DNA from: Squalus acanthias
Taxonomy: Eukaryota
NCBI GenBank assembly: GCA_030390025.1
Contig: CM059432.1
Location: 19,408,001 to 19,472,000 of the forward strand
Reading direction: 5' to 3'
Length of the DNA stretch: 64,000 nt
Both the position numbers and the translations under genes were made by a program. Positions 13,010 to 24,127 of this stretch are shown here, one piece after another (positions within the stretch are counted from its first letter, which is position 1; the number at the start of each line of letters is the position of its first letter). The notes under the pieces were generated by a model. That model was not told the DNA's origin and made no database searches. It was given only the letters and a program-made list of their open reading frames with translations.

Positions 13010-13620
13010 CAGCTTATTCCTGTGTGGAACCAGCACTGTTTTTCAACAGTAATGCCTTCCATTCACTCAATGTTCAACTTGTTTGTGATCACAGGCTGCA
13101 AGTCATGCAGGTCTGTGCCCGGTTTCCTGGTAATTATGACGCTTTCATACTGCACCAGTTCTCAATTTGGCCTCTGTTCCACCCAGAAGATTGGGTGGCA
13201 GGTTGGCTGCTGGGGGACCAGGGTTACAAACTGGCTCGTGATTCCTCTCAGGAACCTGGCCACAGATGCGGAGCGTCGATATAATGAGAGCCATGCAACA
13301 GCAAGGGTTCTGATTAAGCAAACCATTGGCGCCCTGAAACACTTGTTCCTCTGTCTGGGCAGCTCGAGAGGAGTCATTCAGTACAGCCCAGAGCGAATGT
13401 GAAGATTCATAATTATTTGCTGCATGCTCCATAATTTTGCAATACGAACGAGAGTTACCATGGAGCTTCCTGAGGAGGAAGAAGTGGAGCAGGAAGATGA
13501 AGAAGGAGATGAGAAGCCGAAGGATGGAGAGGAAGAGGGCTAAAATTCAAAGAGCTGAAATGGGTGAGCTGCCTGTGGAGGCACGCCAGATGCCGGCAGA
13601 TCGGCAAACTTATCAAAATG
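13010..13620 (+). pseudogene. Decayed Harbinger (DDE_Tnp_4-type) transposase, C-terminal half
   Basis: FHSLNVQLVCDH, ARFPGNYDAFIL, WLLGDQGY, ERRYNESH, QTIGALK, QYSPER, CCMLHNFAI and an acidic tail, colinear with the intact transposase. Has frameshifts and stops. Confidence 0.85.
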
Positions 13621-14045
13621 ATTATTCTGCGGTGAACTCCTCCAACCCCACCATCACCTGTTTATCTCATACTCTAAGGAACACTAAGGGGGAAAAATTA
13701 GGTCGCGCCCCGTTTGGGGCGCAAATATCGTCTGGACGCAAATATTAGCGCCTGCCGCTAATTATTGCCACTGACTGGAAACTTCAATTTACCGCCCCAG
13801 GAGGTGAGTGGAGCGCTAAATCAGGCGCTGCACACCTGTCTTAAGGCGCAAAGGCCGAGCAGTGAGGCGCTAACTCAGCGCGCGAGCGCAGCGCAGGTGC
13901 TACCAGTTAGCGAGGGAACACAGACACACTGGCGCCGGCCAGTTCTTAAAGCGGGGGGGGGCAACTTGCTCCCCAGTCACACCCTGCTCATTGCAGCCTT
14001 GAATCTCAGCCTGGAGAGACTTGTGAATCCATTTTGCTGCCAAGG

Positions 14046-15919
14046 ATGGAGAGGGTGAGAGAACGAGCTCATCGCTTCACCGAGCGGGCCTTGGATGCTC
14101 TGGTTGGCGCGGTGGAGCGCAGAAGATGTATACTCTTCCCTGAGAGTGGCAGGAGGCCTTTGCCACGCGAGTACAGAAGAGTGTGGAGGGAGGTGGCTCA
14201 GAGCGTCTCCTCCAGGAGCATGGTGCCCAGGACCCATGTTCAATGCCGCAAAAAGTTCAACGACCTCACTCGGGTCGTCAGGGTGAGTGGCTTTTTCTCA
14301 ATACCTCTCCATCCCTCCATCTCAACCTCACTCTATGGCCAGAGGGTCTTAAAACCCCAATGCACAACACTCATCCAACACCTATGGCCCTTTCATGAAA
14401 CACACACACACATTCCACACTTTGCATACAGTAAGGGCTATTCACCTATGGCAGGCACATCAGGCAAGACCATGGCTGCATACAGTAAGGGCTATTCACC
14501 TATGGGAGGCACATCAGGCAAGACCATGGCTGTATACAGTAAGGGCTATTCACCTATGGGAGGCACATCAGGCAAGACCATGGCTGTATATTTACTCAGA
14601 TGCTGTCCTTTTTCTTGCAGGCCAAGCTGGCGCATAATAGGAGACAGCAGCAACGGACAGGTGGAGGGCGGCCTCAGCTGCAACCCCTCAGCGATCTTGA
14701 GGAGCGCGTCCACAGGATTGTGGCAAGCCGGGTGATCGGTCCCGTCGCCACTGGAGACGCCGACCCCGTTCTGGACAGCAATGGTAAGGTCATCACCTTT
14801 TTGTCCTCTGTCCTTCCACTTGTCCCTCACAACACCAGCCTTTGACACTTTCAATCCAACTTGCTAACTCGCTGCACTTATTCCTCCCTTACTGCCACCC
14901 TGTCCTCACGCTAAAGCCACTCTTGTACCTCCCTGCTTTCAGATGGTGATTCACCAGCTGAGGAGACGGGCCCTGAAGCTGCCACTGGGAGTGAAGCTGC
15001 AGCCGAGGAGGAAGAGGAAGCCGGAGCATCAGTGCCACCCTCTCCCGAGGAAGCCCATGCCCACACTGGGAACACGCCTTCCCTGGAGGGGAGCAGGGGG
15101 GAAGGGTCTGATGAGGGTGAAGCTCCAGGACCCAGTGGGCTGCAGCAACGCCATGGGGGTAGGGAAGAACGGGGGCCTTCTCCCCAGAGGGAGAGTATGC
15201 CAGAGACTCCTACTGCAATGGACGCAGAGGAGGAGCGGCTGATCGCAGAAATGAACACCCAGGCGGTGGGCATGCACACTGAGCTCATGGGTGCAGTGGG
15301 AAGGGTGCCCGAATGCATTGAGTCACTGGCAAGGAGTGTGGAGCACTTCGCTGTAGCACAGGCGGATGCCACACTAACGCTTAGTGCTGCAATTCAGTCA
15401 CTGACTGCCGTGATCCCATCTCTGACTGCTCTCATGCAGACTCAGATTGAGGCCACACGAGCACTGACTGCTGCCAACCTCGATGGTTCGTTCACATGTC
15501 CCCGGGGCTCTCACCACGCCGCAGCAGGCCAGCAATCTGTGCTCCAGCAGATTGCTCCGGATGCTGAAGTGCTGCCCCGTGGGAGTGCCAGTGTGTCGGG
15601 CGAGCAGGGAGTTGCTGTCCTCTCTCACGATGACAGCATTCCTGCTGCCAACACTGTCACTTCTCCACTGCACTTGCCACCGCCTGTAGGACAGACTGCT
15701 GCCGCCCATGCAGAGTTGGTGCAGTCTGCAGCCGGGCCCTCCAGGCCCAGAACTGGTCGAGGCCGTCCTTCAGGGGCATCTGCAGTGTCAGGGTTTGACG
15801 ATCAGCAGCCTTCCACCAGCCTTGCTGCAGCCACTGAGGTCCCATTACGAAGGAGCAGTAGGGTTAGAAGAGGGGAAGTGCGCAAGGGAAGGAGATCACA
15901 CTCGAAGGGCAAAAAGTAG
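14046..15919 (+). CDS. Harbinger Myb/SANT (trihelix-like) DNA-binding protein; 3 exons 14046-14282, 14621-14783, 14943-15919; ~458 aa
   Basis: Exon 1 encodes RFTERALDALV..W.EVA..VS....RT..QCRKKFNDL. Donors AGG|GTGAGT and G|GTAAGG; acceptors TTTTCTTGCAG| and CTGCTTTCAG|. Phases 0 and 1 join in frame (237+163+977=1377 nt). Exon 2 has KLAHNRRQQQRTGGG. Basic C-terminus RRGEVRKGRRSHSKGKK. Splicing is inferred. Confidence 0.85.
14423..14584 (+). repeat. 3 x 54-bp near-perfect tandem repeat in intron 1 of the Myb gene
   Basis: TGYATACAGTAAGGGCTATTCACCTATGGSAGGCACATCAGGCAAGACCATGGC starting at 14423, 14477 and 14531. Confidence 0.95.
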
Positions 15920-16231
15920 GAGGTGTGACAAAATGCTGGTCATTTTTTTATTAAAGGCCGAGGTTCGTGGTCCAACTTTTGTTTAGTGTTTTGGACATTA
16001 TCTCCAGGTTGTGAGAACCAGTTATGTTATTGACTGTTTTTTTGTGTTTATTTCTATGAGTTTGTCATGAGGAAATGACACACACAGAGTTTGTAAAATA
16101 AATAAGTTTCTGTATTCAAAATATACATGTTTGGTGTTTGGAATTATTGGTGCCTTGGCCGGCTTAGGGGTTGCGTGCTGGGTTCATTGATGTTGTTAGC
16201 AATGGCAGAAGCCATTTCCACAGCAGGGGCC

Positions 16232-17389
16232 CTAGAAGCGGCTTGCTATCAGCCGTTGACGGACGGCCCTTGCAGTTTCACCATTGTGGGCCGCCCTCCC
16301 GCCTTGGTGCTGCTGATGATCATCCTCCTCGTCCTCTTCCTCCTCTTCCTCCTCCTCTGGTGGTGCTCCAAGGCTTGGTGGCATTGGCTGGGTCCTGACG
16401 ATTGCCATGTTATGCAACATGCAGCACACAACTACGAAGTTGGATACTCGCTCAGGCGAGTACTGCAGGGCTCCTCCAGAATGGTCGAGACAGCGGAACC
16501 GTTGCTTCAGCACGCCGATTGTGCGCTCAATGATGTTCCTGGTAGCTTGATGGCTCTCATTGTACCGCAGCTCAGCAGGGGTGTTGGGCGTACGGAGCGG
16601 TGTCATCAGCCAGGTGCTCAATGGATACCCCTTGTCCCCGAGAAGCCAACCAACTGGCTGATGCGGTGCCTCGAAAAGTTCTGCCACAGTAGTCTGGCGC
16701 AGGATGAAAGCATCGTGGCAGCTGCCAGGATAGTGGGCATTGACAGCGAGTATCAGCTGTCTGTGGTCACAGACCAACTGAACATTCAAGGAATGGAACC
16801 CCTTTCTGTTCCGGAATTCCTCGGCATTCTCATGTGGAGCACGCAAAGCCACATGCGTGCAGTCAATGGCGCCCTGCACCATGGGGAAGCCCGCTATCCT
16901 CGCAAAGCCCAGAGCGCGGTCACGCTGCTTGTCTGGGGTCATGGGGAAAGAGATGAACTCTCGTCTCCTTTTAAAGAGGGCATTTGTGACCTGCCGGATG
17001 CAGCAATGCACCGTGAACTGGGAGATATTGGCGAGGTCCCCAGCAGCAGCTTGAAATGAGCCAGTAGCATAGAAGTTGAGAGCCACTGTGACCTTCACTG
17101 CCACCGACAGAGACGTCCTGGACCTCAGTTGAGGCTGCAGATCTGGCTGCAGCAGGTGGCAGAGCTCAGTGACCACCTCCTTGCTGAATCGCAGCCTTCG
17201 CAAACACAGCTCCTCAGACATATGAATGTAGGAGAGCTGTTCACGATATACCCTGGGAGGGTAAGCTCTCCTGTACATACGCCTGTTGGCCCTCCTCCGT
17301 CTGGCCATCATTGCCACTCTCTCTCTGCGTCTCTGTGTCCTCCGATTCAGCTGGAGCAGGACGACGCCCCCAATCAGTGCAGCCCCCAT
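16232..17389 (-). CDS. Harbinger DDE transposase (HARBI1-like family), single exon, 385 aa from the ATG at 17389
   Basis: Uninterrupted ORF with HTH-like region (KVTVALNFYATGSFQ..GD..ISQ.TV..CI) and catalytic motifs GAIDCTH, LLGDKGY and RNIIERTIGVLK, plus an acidic tail. The MGAAL start matches MGAVL in the sister copy at 39501. Confidence 0.93.
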   Translation of the reverse strand: MGAALIGGVVLLQLNRRTQRRRERVAMMARRRRANRRMYRRAYPPRVYREQLSYIHMSEELCLRRLRFSKEVVTELCHLLQPDLQPQLRSRTSLSVAVKVTVALNFYATGSFQAAAGDLANISQFTVHCCIRQVTNALFKRRREFISFPMTPDKQRDRALGFARIAGFPMVQGAIDCTHVALRAPHENAEEFRNRKGFHSLNVQLVCDHRQLILAVNAHYPGSCHDAFILRQTTVAELFEAPHQPVGWLLGDKGYPLSTWLMTPLRTPNTPAELRYNESHQATRNIIERTIGVLKQRFRCLDHSGGALQYSPERVSNFVVVCCMLHNMAIVRTQPMPPSLGAPPEEEEEEEEDEEDDHQQHQGGRAAHNGETARAVRQRLIASRF

Positions 17390-17583
17390 AGTCTCTTTGC
17401 AAGCAAAGTTATGAAGGACAGCAACCAAAGTAGCAGCGAAGTTAGGATCAGTAGGCAAAACTACCTCACAAAGCGTTGACTCAATGCAGAAGTCTCTCTT
17501 TCTCTCTCTCCGAATCTCTCTCTCTCTCTCAGAACGAGTGGTGCAAAAATGTCAACCACAGAAAAAGACAGGAAGAGGCCCCC

Positions 17584-17591
17584 TTTAAATA
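17584..17591 (-). promoter_or_regulatory. Candidate TATA box of the transposase gene
   Basis: TATTTAAA ~195 nt upstream of the ATG. The sister copy has TATATAAA at 39317-39324 in the same GCGCTA context and at similar spacing. Confidence 0.5.
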
Positions 17592-18149
17592 GCGCCCCCC
17601 CCCCAGCCCCACAGCGATTGATAGCGTTCCAGTCTTCTGGTCGTTAGATGCGCCAGGCGGTAAGGCAGGGGGCACCACTCAATTTCTGCTCCGGGGCGCC
17701 ACAAGGGCGTTGCACCATGGAATGACGTCACAATCTGCGCGCGCAGGTGGTCGCGGCGGTAAAGTTTAGCGCCGCCGCACAATGTCTAGTTAAGTTCCTG
17801 AGCGGCGCAAACATCGCTGCGCCCGGGCGCTAGCGGCTTTGCGCCCCATTAGCGCCCTCTTAAGGCACTAACGGGAGGCGCAACCAACTGAATTTTTACC
17901 CTTAAGCTTTTAAACAGATACATTTTCAATTGTTCTTCTCAACATTTTTCTCTTGTTCCTCCTGAGGTCTCCTAACACAACTTCTTGATTGAACTCCTCT
18001 TTACAACCTTCTGCTAGAATCAGTTTGGCTTAGTTGGTAGCACTGTTGCCTTTGAGTTAGAAGATTGTGGATCCAACAGATGAATTACACTAACACATCA
18101 GTGTAAAACTGAAGGAATTCGGCATTGTTGAAGGTGGTGTCTTTGGATA

Positions 18150-18612
18150 GAAAGACTAGCATTTATATAGCCCTTTCACGACCACCGGACGTCACAAAGC
18201 ACTTTACAGCCAATGAAGTACTTTTGAAATGTAGTCACTGTTGTAATGTAGGAAACGCAGCAGCCAATTTGCACACAGCAAGCTCCCACACACAGCACTG
18301 TGATAATGACCAGATAATCTGTTTTTGTTATCTTGATTGAGGTCTAAATATTGGCCAGGACACGGGGATAACTTGCCTGCTCTTCTTCGAAATAGTGTCA
18401 TGGGATCTTTTACGTCCACCTGAGAGAGCAGACGGGGCCTCGGTTTAACATCTCATCCAAAAGACAGCACCTGCTGACAGCACAGCGCTCCCTCAGCACT
18501 GCACTGGAGTGTCAGCCTAGATTTTTGAGCTCAAGCTCCTGGAGTGGGACTTGAACCCACAACCTACTGACGCAGAGGTGAGTGTGCTGCCCACTGAGCC
18601 ACGGCTGACACA
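18150..18612 (-). mobile_element. tRNA-derived SINE with Deu domain (SacSINE1-like)
   Basis: A box TGGCTCAGTGG (18591-18601), B box GGTTCAAGTCC (18547-18557), central GGATGAGATGTTAAACCGAGG..GGACGTAAAAGATCCCATG, and an L2-like tail. Confidence 0.8.
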
Positions 18613-19447
18613 AGTAGGCTCAATGGTTTCATCCGTCAACCCAACTCATTTCTAATTTCCCCAGTGCAGTGCAATTAGGTGTTTTTTATTTGTAATACCG
18701 AAGATTCAGTTTTCGAAAGGTCTTAGAATAACTAAAAATATGGATCCATACATTATCTTAACAAATGAAAAACAAACAGTATCATGAAATCTATTATCAC
18801 AGTCAAGCTGAGCGGAGCAATTTAATCGTGATTGGTGTCCTAATTTTAGCATTCAAGAATGCAGTCATCTGTTCAGCCATTATTTTCAATATTGAGCAAA
18901 TAAGAAGAATTAATATTGTGTAATAATTATTAATGCCTTGTATATTTCTAGATCCAGACAATGGAATTGCTTTCAAATATCTCCAGCTATTGGGAATATG
19001 AGCGGTAATAATAAAAATCTGATTATGTGCATTAATGCGTTTCATAATATAAGGATATGCTGAGGCTAATAATTGGACATTCAAATTGTCCGTATCAGTT
19101 ACATTTGAATATCTGTGATTGTTTATTACCTGGGAGACCCTAGGTCTGATTTTATGTCTGAATATTAGCACTCAAGTAGAAAATTGGTATTTTACATGGA
19201 AGTGCTTGTATTAATCAGCACTGCCTTTTGAATATATATAAAAATGAAAGTTTTCATTAATATCCAGCATTACTACTATATGTAGCTGTGGAAATGTTCA
19301 CCAAAATAAAACAATTGCAGACATATTTCTTTTTCCCTCTATATTGTATGCGTTAAAATTATTTTTATAACTTCAAATGCTTTTAAAGACTCAGCAGGGT
19401 TGAGGCACCGAAATTCTGATGTTTCGGTCGGGTAAAAACCCAGCAGA

Positions 19448-19905
19448 TTTTTTTTTTAATTCGCTTATGGGATCTGGGCGTCGCTGGCAAGGCCAGCATT
19501 TATTGCCCATCCTTAGTTGCCCTCGAGAAGGTGGTGGTGAGCCGCCTTCTTGAACCGCTGCAGTCCGTGTGGTGAAGGTACTCCCACAGTGCTGTTAGGG
19601 AGGGAGTTCCAGGATTTTGACCCAGCGACAATGAAGGAACAACGATATACTTGTAAATCAGGATGGTGTGTGACTTGGAGGGGAACTTGGAGGTGGTGAT
19701 GTTCCCATGCGCCTGCTGCCCTTGTCCTTCTAGGTGGAAGAAGTCGCGAGTTTGGGAGGTGCTGCCGAAGAAGCCTTGGCGAGTTGCTGCAGTGCATCTT
19801 GTAGATGGTACACACTGCAGCCACGGTACGCCTGGTGGTGGAGGGAGTGAATGTTTAAGGTGGTGGATGGGGTGCCAATCAAACGGGCTGCTTTGTCCTG
19901 GATGG
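19448..19905 (-). mobile_element. 3' fragment of the second LINE family
   Basis: AAVCTIYKMHCSNSPRLLRQHLPN peptide and poly(T); near-identical to 2943-3395. Confidence 0.85.
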
Positions 19906-19939
19906 TCCGGGTGGTTCAGAGATCGATCACATGCCTAGT

Positions 19940-20935
19940 TGGAGAACAGGAGAAGATTCTGAGACAGAGGAACAGGAGTATTCCATTCAACCCCTCGAGC
20001 ATGTTCCACCATTCAAATAGTCGATCTGTACCTCAAGTCCATTTACCCGCCTTTGATCCCTATCCCTTGATACCCTTACCTAATAAAAAAGCTGTTGATC
20101 TCAGTCTTGAAAATTTCAACGGACCCAGCATCCACAGGCTTTTTGGGGACAGGGTTCCAGATTTCCACTTGCCTTTGTGTGGAAAAAGTTCTTCCTGATT
20201 TCAATCCTGAATGGCCTAGCTTGAATTTTGAGATTGTGCCCCCTTGTTTTGGATTTCCCCACCAGAGGAAATAGCTTCTCTGTATCTACCCGATCAAATC
20301 CTTTCATCATTTTAAATACCTCAATTAGATCACCCCTCAACCATCTAAAACTGAGGGAACACAAGCCAAGTTTATGCAACCTATCCTCATAATTTAACCC
20401 TTTAAGCCATTGTATAATTCTGGAGAATCTGCGTTGTACCCTCTCCAAGGCCAATGTATCCTCCCTAAGGTGCGGTATCCAACAACAACTGGCATTTATA
20501 TAGCGCATTTAATGTAGTAAAAACGCTCCAAGGTGCTTCACAGGAGTGTTATCAAACACAATTTTGCCACTGAGCCACATAAAGAAATATTAGGACAGTG
20601 CCAAAAGTTGGTCAAAGAGGTAGGTCTTAAGGAGTGACTTAAAGAAGGAGAAAGAGGTAGAGAGGAGGAGAGATTTAAGGAGCGAATTCCAGAGCTTAGG
20701 GCCTCGGTAGCTGAAAGCACAGCCGCCAATGGTGAAGTGCCAAAATGAACACAGTACTCAAAATGGGGTCTGACTAAGACTCTCTACAACTGAAGTATTA
20801 CTTCCTCACCTTTGCGTTACAATTTACTTGAGCTAAAGGCCAACATTCCATGAGCCTTCGGATTACTCTTTGTATCTGTGCACTGGCTTTCAGTGATTTG
20901 TGTGCACGGACACCCAGATCTCTTTGCTTCTCCAC
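19940..20935 (-). mobile_element. Old CR1 3' fragment with an L2 3' fragment inserted (~20485-20732)
   Basis: LERVQRRF..LRGDLIEVFKMMKG and QRDLGV peptides. The inserted piece has an L2-type end (CTCCTTAAGACCTACCTCTTTGACC..GCGCTATATAAATGC on the minus strand). Confidence 0.7.
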
Positions 20936-21250
20936 AGGCTCCTCGGCAAAAGGGAGTGCAGTGGAAGGCCCGTGAATTTGCCTGGAACTCAGAAAACACG
21001 GGGTTCCAGCCTGTGCTGCCAGTATCCGCAGGGCCATTTTTTGGGGGTGATATCTCTTTGCATTTTCAGTTCTCAGTATTTCTAGGAAGCAAAATCGCTG
21101 GATATTACAGCACAAACCCATAACATGCTTGCATGAATTTCCTTGATTGTTTTTTTTAATCAGAGGAATTAACCCATTTATTTTAAAGAGGTTAACACCT
21201 CTGTTAAAATAGCAGACACAGGAAGTTCAGATGAAGGCAGTAAACGTTCA

Positions 21251-21712
21251 GGGGTAAAAATTGGGTAGCGCCCCGAAAAAGTTAGCGCCCCCGTGGCCGA
21301 TTTTCCCACATTGCGCCCCGAGAGGGAGGAGGGGCGCTACTGGAAGCACCCCGTGTCCCTCTTGGGGCGCTGCGAGGCAATATTGCGGCACTATGTGCCG
21401 CGGTACTGCAGGCCTTCCTCCCCTTATTAAAGGGGAGGGGCCTGGCGCAGCGCGTCCCGGCGCCCAGCTGGGCCACCAGGGATCGGGAGTGCCGGCAAAC
21501 AAGCCTGGCACTCAAGGGGAGTGCCGGGCTCACGGAGAGCAGCCGGCACCCCACGGGGGGACTTCACGGGGGGCTGGGGACAGCAACGGGGGCAGGTGCT
21601 GGCAGGCGGACAGCAACAAAAATGGCCGCCCGCCACCTCCCCTTTAACTAGCGCCGCCCCGGCCACAGGTAGGGCGCTAACGGGAGGCGCAAATCAACCG
21701 AATTTAGCCCCC
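21251..21712. mobile_element. Harbinger-type MITE related to the intact element
   Basis: Ends GGGGTAAAAATT / AATTTAGCCCCC with flanks TCA/TTA. Right subterminus GGCGCTAACGGGAGGCGCAA is shared with 17864-17883. Confidence 0.75.
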
Positions 21713-21942
21713 TTATACTCCAGCATCGCATAATGAAATTTCATCCCATTAATGCATTTTTAAAATGCAGATTTTAATTTGAAATCTTCGCAAATGAAAA
21801 AAATCACATCTGAAGTTTTAAGGACAGTCAAACTGATCCTGATCTGCCAGAAATGTATTGAAATGACATTTGACAAAATGATCTGACTCGCTTAAATTAG
21901 GGTTTTGATTTTAATTTTCTGTGACCCAATCCCAATTATATT

Positions 21943-22045
21943 GCTCTGATGAAGAGTTAACTTGTTTGTTCTCTCCACAGATGCTGCCTGACTGGCTGAG
22001 TGAGTCCAGCATTTTCTGTTTTCGATTTCTAGCTTCTGCAGTATT
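21943..22045 (+). mobile_element. Penelope pseudo-LTR fragment
   Basis: CTGATGAAGAGTTAAC..CTCTCCACAGATGCTGCCTGAC matches 3445-3545. Confidence 0.65.
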
Positions 22046-22595
22046 TGATTTAGAGAATATGCAGGGGAAGAGGGAGAAACTGCTCTCTCTGCCCTGTCTC
22101 CCCATTAATAAGGTACCCAATTTTTCTAGTTGCTTGGGCCATTGCTACTGGATGACTAATCTATTGTAACGGTCTAGTGTCATTACTAGTGGGTGAAAAC
22201 ATGCCTTCATTACACAATGGAATGCCATGGATGTTATCTAAGCTGCAATATTCTCATCACCACATGTGTTGATTCACCATTACTCAGACTAGCCAGTCTT
22301 CCATGTGATTGGCAATATGAATTGGGAGTGTTTGTTCGGCCGTTGTTTCTGTCATTAATGGTATTGCTCAGGTGAGTTAAAATCTTTTGCATCAGTTGAA
22401 CGACCACTGAAAGGGGGAGAAAGATTTTGACCAAAGTTACACAAATAGGAAATCATATGCTAAAATGAGTTCTGGAAAATTGATAATGAAATTTCCTTGC
22501 ATCATGATTGCAAATGGAAGACTGCGAAAAAAGAAGTTAAGAATGGTCTGGTAATTTATTGGATAATTAGCACTTTTTGCAGGCTATTTGATCAA

Positions 22596-23343
22596 GGGCT
22601 AGAAATTCCCCTCGAGCCCCGTTTGGGGCGCTAATTCAGAAAGGCTGGAAATGTTAGCGCCAGACGCTAGCCTCTTCCAGCCTTTCTAAAATTCCCACTT
22701 TATAAGAGTGAAGTGGAGAGCTAAATCAAGCGCTCCACTTCCTTCTTGGAGCGCAAGAGGGGGGGAAGTTCACGACCCAGGGCGCACGGCTCAGGAGCGC
22801 CACGCACTGGGGCGCTGACACGTTGCAGGGGCTCTTCCCTGAATTAAAGGGAAGGGTCCCACACTGCAAACTCTGCAGTTCTTTTTATAACTTACCTGCA
22901 GCACTGGAGAGCTGGGGTGCCGCGCGACCAGCCCGACACTCAAGCAGTGTGCCGGGCTGACCGACCACAGCACGGATCCCGCGTCCGGAGCAAAAAATAC
23001 ATTTTTTAAAAAAGCCGACATTGTTTTCAGGGTGGCTGGCCACCTCACCTTTAACTTCCGTCCCGCTAGCGGCCAGCCGCCCTGCTCGCGTCCCCTGCCA
23101 TCGCCCAGCGCTGCTGCAGGGGGCGAAGGGAAATTTATCTGCCAGACGCTACCGGGGTGATGCGCCCGGAGATGACATCATGATCTCTGGACGCATGAGA
23201 TCGGGGCGCACCCCGGTAGCGCCGCCGCTAACCTCCCGCGGAATTTGGCGGGAGGAACGCTCAGCGCCGCGGCTGGGCAAATAGGCCTTTGTGTCCCATT
23301 AGTGCCCCCCAAGGGAGGCGCAAAGGAGGGGAATTTCTCCCCC
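22596..23343. mobile_element. Harbinger-type MITE related to the intact element
   Basis: 18-bp imperfect TIR GGGCTAGAAATTCCCCTC / GAGGGGAATTTCTCCCCC. Left CCCCGTTTGGGGCGC and right GGGAGGCGCAA are shared with 13688-17902. Confidence 0.78.
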
Positions 23344-24127
23344 AAAGTGTTGGTTTGCTGTATCCCTGCAGTGCTTAAATAATCCAGCTCCAAAAAATGG
23401 GGATTTAATTATTCATATATTCAGCAGAAGTCTTGTAACCCAATTGATTTTGGTTGTCGTCCTTCAGACCTTGCACTTCTATGTGTGTTTGATGCTATCA
23501 AGCATGTTGAATTATTTAAAATACAATTTGTTCCCAGTGACAATGACCAATACTATAGAACTACTCCTCAAGGCTGCTTTACCCACTTTGTCTGTTGTCA
23601 GCCTGCCCTTATTGGGTTATACAGACTTGCTAATGTGTTTATGAGTGACAGGTATTGATCAGGGAGTTATTCAGCTAAATAAATGTTTGACAACTTGAAT
23701 TGCAAGTCTTCAAGCAACACATTGATGTTATTTATTCAAACTATTCCGTGTGTTGCAAAGATTTTATCGATAATGCACTTGAGGATTGCTGTTGTGTCTC
23801 AGAGATGTTTTGCAGTCCAATAATTATATTGAGGAGCCAAGTACGAGCTCGAGCATTTTTGTATCAGCAAAACAAAGCAGCTAATGAAGCAAGTGTGACG
23901 TGTCAGAAAGTAATTGTCTTAACTCAAGTTTTGCCGAACTCAACAATGTAAACTAGACCAGATGCCCTCTTACTGTATGTAATTCCATTCTTCTACAAGT
24001 GTATGGCTTTTCTTGATAAAAGTATAAGTTCTACTATGGCATAGGGTTGAATACTATACAATGTTTTGTAAACTAGGTGGCAGCAACACACCTAGTTTAC
24101 AAACAATTGAGGAGCTTGGAGAAAATA

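Larger units (their letters stand above)
13688..17902. mobile_element. Full-length, apparently intact autonomous PIF/Harbinger DNA transposon (4215 bp)
   Basis: Short TIRs GGGGGAAAAATT / AATTTTTACCCT, TSD TAA (13685-13687, 17903-17905), GCGC-rich subterminal arrays, and two convergent intact genes. Confidence 0.93.

Noticed and set aside
14423..14584. CRISPR-like array
   Set aside because: Contiguous tandem units with no unique spacers, in a eukaryotic intron.
16127..17059. 310-aa plus-strand ORF
   Set aside because: It is the antisense shadow of the transposase, has no recognisable domain and is not needed to explain the element.
16232..17458. Calling this the host gene HARBI1, or using the 408-aa start
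   Set aside because: It lies between TIRs with a TSD and has related copies nearby, so it is a transposon gene. The track's start is a non-ATG codon; the first ATG is at 17389.
18540..18612. tRNA gene
   Set aside because: The A and B boxes belong to a SINE head that continues into Deu-domain and LINE-tail sequence.
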